This document shows, piece by piece, positions 52,102 to 64,000 of a stretch of DNA of 64,000 nucleotides. Both the position numbers and the translations under genes were made by a program. The stretch is from Bispira polyomma (Eukaryota): the NCBI GenBank assembly GCA_965649765.1, contig OZ287755.1, positions 30,566,001 through 30,630,000 of the forward strand. Reading direction: 5' to 3'. Numbering within the stretch: the stretch's first letter is position 1; every line of letters begins with the position of its first letter. Under the pieces are notes generated by a model, which had not been told where the DNA came from, did no database searches, and saw nothing but the letters and a program-made list of their open reading frames with translations.

Positions 52102-55100
52102 TTAATCATTCTTAGATCCTATATAATTCCAATGAGCTCTGGAGCTGCAGGTATTAATTGACTGCTGAATTTCTGCAGTTTGCTGTAGTTGCAGGTTATA
52201 GCTAAAGCTCCCAATTAAACTGCCAACCCATAATGGCGGCATTTTACTGCTTTTTGACTGCCAAGACACATTCTCGTTAATGTCCCATTTTAGGTGGAGA
52301 CAGAATGAACAAGATCTTATTGCATTACTTTGGTGGGTCATTTTTTTTGTTTCTTTTTTAGAGGAACTATTTTTTGTTGTAGTTGATGTAAAAATTGACA
52401 AACCAAAATAAATATAATATAGATGGTAATATGTGAGAAAAACCAAAAAGCACTTAATCTCCATATTATGCAGGTTTTAATAATTACTGTTACTTTTTAT
52501 GTATATATGTTTTGAAGTGTTTTTATCTTCATAACTTCTGCTTACAGTTTTTTCCTACTAAAACCTTTTCAAGCATGCCCAACTGTGATTTATTGATCAG
52601 TTTTATATTTAAGGCATATATTTAAAAAAATATTTTGGATTGCTTCCTTCAGATAGTATGCCATATAGAAGTACAATTAGACTTATTAAGATCACTAATA
52701 TCCCGGCATATATGTTCTGCAAGGTGCTCTCCTCACAGTATATATGTCCATAGTAAGTGACTGTTGTTGTTGTGCATTAAATTATACAACACGAAGTGCT
52801 AAAATGGTCAAATGTTTGATTATAAGAAGTAATGCTAATGCAAAAATAAAAAAAACTTTCAAAGCTATCAATTATGGATTTTAGAACAATGCCTGAATGG
52901 ATCTTGTAAAAGTAAGGTTTACTTATTGTTTTCAAGTTTAACTAAGGATAACCAAAGCTATGTGTTTGTATTTTAGTATTAGTTTTAGTTTGCAATGTTT
53001 GTCAGATCATCTTTGAGTCACATTACCTCAGCCCCAGATGTCCAAGTAAAAATATAACGTGTTTACCTTTGTTGTGTTTCTGATGAATGTAGAGCAGTGG
53101 TTTTAGGCATATACGATTTCATTCAACAATTGCCAACGGCTGCCAAACATGACCTATTTGTCATATAAGTATTCAATCAAGTTGAATTGTTCATCTCATA
53201 ATGTTTGTTGTAAATAGATGTAGATGCAGTTTTATTATTTACAAAAATTCTGTTTGAAAGTTATTTCAGTTAAACCAAGAAAAATAAAGGCCCAAGAGAT
53301 ACAATCTACCAGGATAATTTTTACATAAAATTGTACTTTGTCCCATTTTGAAATATCCTTGTTGGGTGTTCAGTTAGGCTATAAATACTTTGAAATAAGA
53401 CCTCTGAGATACCCTTTGTCAGATAAGCTCATCACTAGAACATACAGACAAAGGGTGAAACACAATATTTGCATCAGTCAAGGAGGTTATGATTTTGCCA
53501 ATTCCCGTGGACTGGTTGGTTAATAAATTGATTTACACAAACAAGCTGGTGTAATGGGCATGAGGCAGGGACAAATCCATTTTTAAACGTTTTTTTACAT
53601 TGGGGTGCCACTTTTAAACATATATATGACGAGACAATATGTGACCATAATGTGGTCTGAGATTGAATGTACATTTAAATAATATTAAGAATATGAAGGG
53701 GTTAAGTATAGAATAATCCCTGTATGATCTGCTATGTTGTCCTGCTAAATAAAGACCAAAAATTAAGTTATTTGATTGGTAAGGGATAAGTATTCATCCT
53801 CATATGCTTGTTTGCTGCTGTAGTTTACATGAACAGATTTAACTTCACTTTTACATTGTTAGAAACAACACTACTGATGATATGTAAATTATTGAATCGC
53901 ACATGGCTCTGTTAAATAGCTCTGTGGTTAGCTTTGTAATATGTAGACATTTCACAAGAAGCTAAATTACATTTGTGGCACAATGTTGGACAAGTCTTTT
54001 TTGAGTATTTTGGGAGATTCTAGACTGGAGAAACTATGAGGTAGTACTGCACTTGTCCCACCTCTAGATTTTATGGCACCTTTTCATTTAGATATCATTA
54101 GACGCAACCCTGTAATGGATACTAAGTGCTCTTATACTGTAAACTAACAAAATTATGCTCAGTGAAGGAGACAATGGAAAGTATTTATGTTTTACCAATA
54201 TGGTAAACAGATCGTAGATTTAAAATTACATTGATATGAATAGATAATTTTAAAATAATATTCTTTACTTTATGTTCTCTTTTTTGATTTCCAGTTCATT
54301 ATATTAGATTCATTATTATATTAAATTAAAAAAACATGTTTCCAAAACAAACAGTGCAGTGAAACATTATTGTATACATTTTATTACTTTACCACTATTA
54401 TCCACATATTTGTAAGCAAAGCCATATTAATTTTAAATTCTTGTTGCTATCGTGTGAATTACACCTACTTTTGGGAAAGGTTGGCTATTGATTTGTTATA
54501 AAATTTCTCCAGTTTATGGTACCTGCAGGTTACAGCCAAAGCTCCCAATTAGAGTGTCAAGTCTAAATAGCTGCAATTTACTGCTGTTTTCTGTCAAGAC
54601 AATTTCCAACATCTTGGTATAAGAAAACATTGCCTCAAGAAAGCAATTAAGGATTGACAGTAACTTTACGGTTAGATTTAGATTTAAGAAGCAATAACAG
54701 AGGAATGGGCCCAAGAAGAATGTATTAACGGTTGAAGAGGATTTGGGGAGGCGGTGAATCCAGATTGTTTTTAATTTTTGGCACCTGGATGGAGTTATGT
54801 GCTCTACTAAAACTTTCCACTTTCTTACATATGTCTGTAGATAGATGATAGTCTTCATATAATGATGTCCAAGCTTCAAGTAAGTTCTACTATAGATGGT
54901 TTATGGTTCCAAATGTATGACATCACTGCATATGTGTCTGCTATGAATTCTGGAAAATAGTCACCCCTTAGTCATTTCAGTCAATACAAAGAATAATCTT
55001 AAATTGGTTCATATTATTGCATGTTGGGATACCTCTAGTTTGTACTCATAATGTTTAACTATGAAATATTTTAGTACTGTATGTTGAAAAGACGAACATT

Positions 55101-58100
55101 TAGAAGAATTGTAATACCAATTTACCATTGCATGTAAAATAAGGGGGCTAATGTTTTTAGCGTGCATCAAATTAAGTACATCTAAAATTTCTGTCTCGTA
55201 AATCTTTTTATTTTTCACTGCTGCCTTCGAGTTTTGGTTAAACATTACACCTTTTTTTAAACTATTGTTTCATTTAGTCATAATCCCCGGGTAAATAGTA
55301 TATGAATCCCTCTGCTGAATGCTCACTGTGGGGACATCAGCATTAATCCAGGTCCCCAGCATCCAATCTCAAGATCTCAAGATCAGTACATTTAACGCCC
55401 GTTCCTTGCAGAATAAAGCGCCTGCGGCTATTGATTTAGTCATAGCCCAGGACCTGGATATTGCTGCCGTCTCCGAGACGTGGCTCAGCAGTAGGGACAC
55501 CACATCTTTTTTGATTAATATAACTCCTCCGAGTTACAAGTTTTTTCAGTTTCCTAGGTTGCACAAACGCGGAGGAGGAGTAAACATCTTTGTAAAAATG
55601 CTCTTTCCATTTTAAAAAAATCAGTCGTACTCGTTTTATGAATCCATCTCATGCAAAATTTTAAAATGGTTGTCACTCATTCCTGGTTTCCCCTTTTTAC
55701 CAACCACCCATCCCTTTTTAGCTACCTTTACTCAAGAGTTTTCTGAATTCCTAGAGACCCTAAACTGCCTCCCATTTGAAGCTATCATCCTTGGTGATTT
55801 CAACATCATAAAAAATACTGTAACAAAAGATTTCAACAACCTCTTTGACACTTTTGGGTTCTCACAGTTTATCTCCAGTTTAACCGACATCCACAATCAC
55901 ATACTTGATGTGGTTGTTGCAAGACCAAATTCAAATCTCCTCAGTGAATCATGGGTAACTCATGGGATTTCGGATCACCTAGCAACCTCTGTCTATTTAA
56001 ATTTGCAAGTACCTGTCTCACAAAAACCTTGTGTGATAAAATACAGAAACATCAGAAAATCAATATGAACAAATTTAGAGAATATAAACATCCTGGAATC
56101 AAATATCATAAAACATCCATACAAAAACGCTGATAGCCTTAGCGTTCAATACAATCACTGCCATTCTACTATCCTTGATAAACATGCGCCTTGGGTATCT
56201 AAAACCCTTCCCCCAACAAACCCCCATGAATGGACCCACACCGCCATTACAGAGGCCAAAAGACGCAAGCACCAGCTTAAGAGTCAATGACGCTGTACTA
56301 AATCCTACTTTGACAGTTACCGTATCACTACAAATAATTTCAACAGGCTAATATCTGATGCCAAAAAGAAGCATTACGACTCCATCATCAGTGAAAACCA
56401 GGACAATCCCAAAAGGTTATGGGCCTTCATAAACAAAATTCCACATCAAACATCCGAGAAAGTTCTCCCCATAAATCACTGCCTTACATTTTTCACCAAA
56501 AAATTTGGAAAAAATTCTCTCCTATTTAATCTTGTGAATTAGATTCTTTCCCAGCGGGATTTAGAGCATTCTCAACTGCAGCTCCATTGTTACAGACCAG
56601 TCTCCCAGTTGACCTCAGATCATTTGACGCACTTATCGGTTTTAGGAAAAAGCTTAAAACCTATTTTTTTAACCTAGCCTAGACATCTTAGCTTTCCTCG
56701 TGCAAGCTGCCACTTCATTCTTTATGACTTTGCTATGTCCATGGTTGAATTAATGATTGTGCTATTGCCCTGTAGACGATGCCTAGCATCAATAAAGCGA
56801 GTTAAAAATTGATAATAATAATAATGCATTGCACGCAACCAGTTAAACAGTCTGTACTATTTTTTCGGGATTTAATAGACTTAGTTGCTAACATCACTTC
56901 ATTGGTCAATTCAGTGTGCGTTTAATAGTGCGTTGCAATCATGAAATTAAAATACTTAACTCTATCTGTCCAGAAAGATTTGGCTGTAATATTGTAGTAT
57001 TTTTAATAAAAGCATAATTCAGAACTTTACCATTTTTATTGCAAAATATCAACATGATAGATAGGCAGCTTGATTATCTATTCAAGAAAATTATCCAGAA
57101 TATACTTATTATTTATATATAAATTTGATTATATTTGCTACTTTTCACAGTAAAATGCATTACATTTGTTGCTTGAATAAAACCAAATTTGTTCTTGCAA
57201 ATATGTAACTGAAATGTATCTGGTAATAAAGAATATTATATTAATAAATAATTTGATATATAATTTAGTATTTTAAGATTAATACACATATAATGCAGTA
57301 TTATGGTGTATTCATGATCACTGCACCGAACCATTATTTGTGGCAGACCCCAGTAAAAATTATTCTTTCAACAAAAATCTCATATAATGACCTCATTTTT
57401 AGAAAATCTCTTGGAGCTCATTATTGCATACCCATGGAGATCCTAGCACTGTACAATCACATGACTAATCCCCTTGGCCATGTTTTATTGGCAATGAAAG
57501 ACAATATTTCCCACCTGAGGAAATTTGCCATATCTGAAAAACTGATCAAGGCAGTTCGAATAAATGATTTTAAGTTGCCTATAAACTACTCAAAAATATA
57601 CAAAAATATATTCTACTAAAGGATTATTGATTAAATAATACATTTTCCAAAAATTGCCAAAAATAGGTTTAATAATTTTTGTATTGATTCACTAATCAGC
57701 TTTAGAGTTTGTAATACAATCATTAAGGTTTGTATTTATTGGGGTATGGTAATTTCTAGCAGGTCATTTTTGTCATAACAGGCTGATTTATTTCTGTACT
57801 AAAAACCCCTGACCATAGCTTCTCACCAGGAAAGCAATATGATTTAATCTACTGGGTCCTCTGAGGTGTAATAGGCATTAAAACCTGGCAATTAGAGGTT
57901 TTTAAATGGAGAACATATAGTTTTCCCTAGTCTTTTGTAACAATGTATTTTAATATATATATAGTTTATTTGTACTTTGAGTATGAATAAACTATATATA
58001 CAAATAAAGCTATACCAGGACAAACGGGTGTTCATCAAGTGTGCTCTATTATGTAGTATGCAACACACATGTGGCAATTATCTGTGCTAGATAATCTATA

Positions 58101-61100
58101 ATTATTATCTCAGTCTAGAAGGAATATGTTTGTTGTTGCTTACTTTGTTTGTCACCAGGATTACACAAGAGGGGATATGAGTGTCAAAGTGTTTGTCCCA
58201 GATAATGTGTCAAAGCACCTTTATAATATCAGAATATAAGCTGTTTCTTAGGGCCATACTCAGGCCAATATGGCTTGAAGGCCCTGAGAATTTTCAGAGG
58301 GCCATATCCAACTTTCAGAGGGCCATAAAGGGTTTTATTTTATGTCACGTGATCACATTTTAATCAGAATGATTGCCTGATTCCCTGCCGATGTAAAATA
58401 AAACAAATGATAGTCGGAAATGTCAGTTCTTGCACTATATGGTGTTCTTTGATTTAACAATAATTTCCGGAAATAACTGTTTTGAAACAAGATCTCATTT
58501 TGTCATTTTAGCTTAAAGAGATAAAGGAAAAAAACTGTGAATACTTCTTTGTTTGCTTTCTTTGAAGCATTATGTCTATACTGTTTTGTTGTCAAAAATA
58601 TCCAATTATGTACAACAGAACCTAGATATTGTGTAATATATCATGCAAGTCAATCAAGAATCCATTACATTTTTAATTTTTGTGGACTGTGGCTTTTTGT
58701 GGCCTATGGGACCTTGGTGGAGGTATGTTCTTTGAGTTCCTTCATAATTTTAGCTATTTTACTACCACAGTTGAATGGTAAAATGTATGTAGGTAAAGAT
58801 GAATTTTACTGAAAATCCTAAAAATTACATTTTATTTCCGTTGACAGTTCTACGTATACAGTTATAAGCACCTATATTATTCAGTTTATCACCAGTCTGA
58901 AAGGACACACATGTAAGGACACACATGTAAGATAGCTATTTAGGGAACACCATACCAACTTTAGATTATTCACAACCTTATATTTTTAGTGTCTTTCTCT
59001 ATTTTGTTCCCACTATTTCTAACTCTTGTTACTTAAGTTACCAAATAAAACAGCATGCCCTTTTAGAATTAGTATGTACATCCATCATTCATTACACCAA
59101 ACCCTATTTGAAAAACATTGTTCTGTGACATCAGTGCAGTTCCAGGGAGACATTATATCTTTCATAATGTATTCACCATCATTTTTATCATCTGGTGACA
59201 AATTGTTTTCTGACAAAAATGTCTCCCAGTAGAAATCACGAGTATCAGCATCATATACAGAGATTTATAAAATGAGCCTCAAGTTAAGGAAATACTCTGC
59301 TGGGTTAGTCAATGTAAGCTAATGATAATGAATATTTTAGAGTCCTTTATCAAAACTTGTTTCATACAAATAATTGGTATTCTTCTTTAATGTGTTTCAA
59401 TAATGCATGTTCTAACTCTTTTATAGGAATAACCCATGACAAAGCTCGGTATACGATAATTTTTACCACGATTGGAGCCTTAGTGTTTCTACGCTCCAAG
59501 AGCCAAGCTTTGGAATGGGTTATTCCTATTCTTACATGACAAATTAAAATTATTATTCCTGATTCCAGCGTTATTTACTTAATAATTTTGTTATTAAATG
59601 AACTATATCTACTGGGGATTCAGTGCACTTCAGGCGTACTTAGTCTATTTCCGTCTAAAGGTATACGGTTATTTTTACTGAGGCTGTCGGCCAATCAGAA
59701 TCGCGGACACAGCCGTGTCATGTTAGAATATCACATAACACTAAAGACAGAGACTTAAGAATGATAATTTATCAATGTGACAATGGTACTTAAGCTTGAC
59801 ACTGGGGGTACAACCCAATCACAGAGGACCACCATTTTAAGTAGCCAATATGTATACATATCTATCTGGGAGCCCTAAACTGCGACTAGACCCTCTACAT
59901 TCTTAATTGTATCAAATTGTAATTTGTATTGTTAACTCATTTTATTGATGTGATGCATCTTCTAAAGCACAACAACGGAATCATTTAGCTAATAGAGAAG
60001 TCCATAATATATAGCTAGCTCAATGGTGGGGAAGTGTACAGGGAGGGAACTAAGGGAGTAAACAAGTTCAAATATATAGGTTTTAAGTTTTGTGCTAAAC
60101 CCAGAAAGTGACTAGGAGACCATTCCATAACATAGGGGCCAGTTCCCAGGTAGCAGTCCAAGGGTTATCATTCATTTATGTTAACACAGAAAAAGATTAC
60201 TGTACATGTTTATTAGTGACTAGATGGTTAGAATACTTAGATTACTATATACAGTTTAAGCATGTGGGGCATAAGGTGACCTTAGATAAGTTAAATGAGT
60301 TTAAGGTAACCAGAAAGTCTAAAGATAGGGCTACCATAACTTGCACTCTTAGACTGAGTTTAAGGTAACCATAAGTTAAAGGGTAATTTGAAGATAAATA
60401 AGGGGTAACGATTGAGAAAGCTCTAGATTTATAAACAATTGTGTTCCCACCAAAACACAGTGACAGATTAAACTATTATGAACACTTAAATAATAATAAA
60501 AAATTATATATTATGTGTTTAATACTACAATGTTATCAATAACAGGGTTGAATTTTAGGGAAAATGTTAAAATCATTTTTATTGATTCCTGAAAAAAGTG
60601 ATCTTTTTCAAATTTTAAAGCGTATAAACTATAACATTATTTTAGTGAACAAGCTTCATATTTAATGTAGCTATGATTTATATTTTTCACACCTTTACTT
60701 CAATTGAAGTTAAAGTGTAATGCTAAAACCCTTGTAAATTGTTTCAGCTGCTTTTTATAATAATAACTTGATATTAAACAACTATGTTTTACCCAATTAT
60801 TGCAATGTTTATAAAAACTTTAGAGTATTCACAATCTAGATGGATTTATTCCATAATAATTATAAAACCAGAACTGATACTGAAGAGGTTAAGTTTTATT
60901 TGCTTGTAAAACATTGGCTTAGTATATCATTGCTAGGGAGATATCATATATTTCATCATATTTTGGCCATTCCTTTTTAGCTTCTGGTGACAAAGTGTTC
61001 CCCAACAAAAATGACTCCCAGTAGAAATCACAAATGTGCGTCAGAAACAGAGCTTTGGAGCAGAAGCCTAAATTATGGCAGTACTCTGTTTTGTGAACTA

Positions 61101-61146
61101 TTGTATTCTTTTTGTAATTAATTATAGTGGAACTTTTATTATCCAA
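52102..61146 (-). pseudogene. cluster of decayed paralogous coding fragments of unknown family (interrupted by other repeats)
   Basis: LIGSFSYNLQL (~52200) vs LIGSFGCNLQV (~54530); DFYWETFLSENNLSP (~59220) vs DFYWESFLLGNTLSP (~61010). Confidence 0.45.
55290..56826 (+). mobile_element. L2/CR1-group LINE with endonuclease, large internal deletion and intact 3' tail
   Basis: FNARSL, SETWL, GGGV, GDFN, LDVV, SDH; jumps to the ORF2 C-terminus (FRKKLKT); AATAAA and (TAA)n tail. Confidence 0.88.
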
Positions 61147-61946
61147 ACTTTTATGATAACCATATATGAGGTTTTGTAATCAAGAGCACTTATATATATA
61201 AAAAATATATTCGTGTTACTTTATAATAATTTTAGCTATTACATCTTAAGAACCTTCTATTATCCAAACAAGTTCCTAACCTAAATGTCTTGCAACTGTA
61301 TATTTAAACTTAGTTTTCTATTTGTTTTGTCTCAACTAGAACCTATTGCGGACTTTTAATATTTTCAAATATGTAAATTTATATTTAAAAAATACATCTC
61401 ATGTATTAACCGAATTTGATATGTATAGTTATTAACTATAGATTACAATTGTGTGGTAATCCTTCCACGACAAAAGCCATTACCATCATCTATATATCAA
61501 AAAAATACATTACTTTTACAAAACAACAAAACAAATACAGTCTAGGTCATGGCCAAAGCATTGATTTTCTATTGAGAATACATTTGTATGCTGATGACAT
61601 CAAAATTTCTTCTCTTCTCCCTGACATAACAAGACTACCTATCATATTTAGAGGCCTGTCATAAATTACATTTAAACATTAAAGAATCTGTTGTTTTTTT
61701 TATTTTGTTTATAGCGTCTCTTTCCTTGGACAATGTCGTTTTTTGCCAAATATATAGATTACTATACATAAGTTAATACCTAAATACTTATAATACATAT
61801 TGTATTTTGTCAACCGAAAAAAAGTTTAAATGTACATAATAAACAAAATTCATAAAAACAACGATAATGAAATGCTCATCATTAACACATTAAATCTTGG
61901 CTTTTACTACCCTATTTTATTATTTTAAACTGTTAACTTGTTAAAT

Positions 61947-64000
61947 ATGCCTCCTAAAAATGAGTTCTCTTGTAGTGCGTGCTTGGGGAGACATGAACGG
62001 CCTGTGGGAAAGCGTTGTCGTTTTCAAATGGAAGACAGCATTGCCTAGGATGTGACCCCCGTTGATTCTGCTAATTCAGATAACATGTCTGATTCAGTAT
62101 CCGATCAAATTCTACAGCAGTTACAAGCTATGAATAAAACATTGGAGAGTATGGATCAACGGGTGCAGGTCACGGAAGCGGCGCTGTGCTCACCCAGCGC
62201 CAATAAGACACGTATGACTTCTTAAACCAATGTTAGTGTTGCTAGTGTATCTGAACCAGCAGTAGTTGAAGCTGTGGTCCCCTCATTAGAGTTCTTACGT
62301 ACAAACAAAAACCTGCAGTCGCAGGTCGATCAGCGTTTAGTCCAGCTACAACAACTCAATGAACTAGCAGGAGGTAAACTTAAGTCCCAACGAGGTGATG
62401 TCGAGGCCCCTATAAAAAAGCATGTGGATTGGCCACAGAATTTTGTCCTATCCGGTGTAAAAAAAGACTTGGCCCACTTATGATGACCTTTCACTACTTC
62501 AGTTTACCTCGGGATTCGTGAGATGTATACAAGAGCAAAAAACGCCGAAAGTACGGGAGGCAATGTTGGAATATCTCGCAAACCTCATGGATGACGCCCA
62601 TGATTTTTCTTGGGAAACCACTAAGCTTCTCATGCCATTTTACTTACAAACATGGAGCTAGACCGTTTAAAATGGACGGACGTGGATGGAAAAGGTGGAC
62701 CGTGTCCGCAGGACCCACGCCCAACGCCATGTCGCCCCGAGTGCGAATGGTTCTGGCTCGTCTAAAATAAGTAATAACAAAGGTAAAAGTCAAGTTAAAA
62801 CCCAAGAGGTCGTTTGTAGGTTCTTCCAAGAAGGAACGTGTAAATTCAATGCCAGCCACCGTACTTCTGGGCAATTTTTTAAACACTGTTGTGAGAACTG
62901 CGACGGCTCTCATCAAACCAAGTTATGTATAAAGAAAGGCGTTGCAAAAAACTAAGTGGCCACTGCAGAAATGCAGTGGATGTAAAAAGTTCAAAAACCA
63001 AAGTGTATTCAATACCAGTGTATAACTCCCAGTTTAAGGATTTTCAGTTATGTAAAAAATCTAGACATTCAATGTGTTTTAGGGAGGGCCAGTCCTATAG
63101 GGACGCTGTGGCAAAAGGGAAATGTTATTAAAAAAATTATCAACCTCCTGTTGACGGTACTGTGGAAACACACACTATGCATTGTACCAGTAAAACCAAA
63201 ACCAAGACTTTCACAAAACCTTTAAATAGAAGTGTAAAAGAGGGTGTGTGTTTTCCCAAGCCAGCACAGAACAAAACGGGCTGTCGTGTCAAAAACAATT
63301 CAAGTAAAACAATTCTCCCTGTCTCCACTCCAAAGAATGTCAACTCGGGTAATAACTGTTATGTAAACAAGAGCCTTGGCTTTGTGTTGCCCCTTTAAAA
63401 TAGATTTACCTCATTGTGTTCAAGTGAGGGGGATGGGAATATTGCTGTGTGTGGCCCATGTGTGACCACTACAGAGAAAAAATGTGTTAAAAAAGTTAAT
63501 GTTAACAAAGTGGGCTCTAGAACCCCTGAAAGTGTAAACAAAGCTATGTTAACTGATTGTGATGACAAGTATGCCTTGGATGTACCAAGACGTCCTGATA
63601 AAAGGCAGAAACTGAATAAAGCCAAAAATTGTGAGACTTATAAATTGTGGGATGTCCAGAATCCAGAATTTATCCCCCTTAGCCACTGGGGGGTCCCCGT
63701 GTTAGACAACTCTGGCAACAAGTTGCCTGCACACTCACTAACCCTGCATGAACGTCTGCAATTGGATGGGGGACCTAATTATAGGGGCCTCCAATTACCA
63801 GTCACCTCCGAGTTAAAAGCCTCTGTATGGGCGGGTTACTTGCAGAATTACTGGGATTGGGAGCTACCACTTCTAATCAAGTTTGGATTTCCCCTCGATT
63901 GTGATCTACATGTATGGGCCTTATGCTGCTCCACCACTTGAGAATTTGCATACCTCCCCCTTCATGACCCGGGATAAATCAAGTTCAAATAAACGTAGAG
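61947..64000 (+). mobile_element. YR retrotransposon E6 (E3 family), runs off the window end
   Basis: CSACLGRHERPVGKRC, QVDQRLVQLQQLNE, CRFFQEGTC, YWDWELPLLIKFGFPLDC. Confidence 0.93.

Overview
AT-rich eukaryotic (probably invertebrate animal) genomic DNA with one assembly gap (43262-43442). I see no intact host gene. The window is dominated by tyrosine-recombinase (YR) retrotransposons of the Ngaro/split-direct-repeat type (gag - RT/RNase H - YR, no methyltransferase domain seen). Six copies and one gag fragment lie on the + strand, and two copies keep the full A1...B1-A2-spacer-B2 terminal structure. L2/CR1-like and RTE-X-like LINE remnants, tRNA-derived SINEs, MITEs and a decayed minus-strand paralogous gene family fill the rest. 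The main result is a ~155-nt structured RNA motif in the A2-B2 spacer of one element (21081-21236). It recurs in a separate minus-strand remnant (48438-48595) with a conserved core, a GNRA-capped hairpin and completely exchanged but still complementary closing stems. The elements also show conserved phase-1 splice sites that would fuse N-terminal Gag to YR, a -1 frameshift signal in one family and a possible UAG read-through in the other. All alignments and folds were done by eye.
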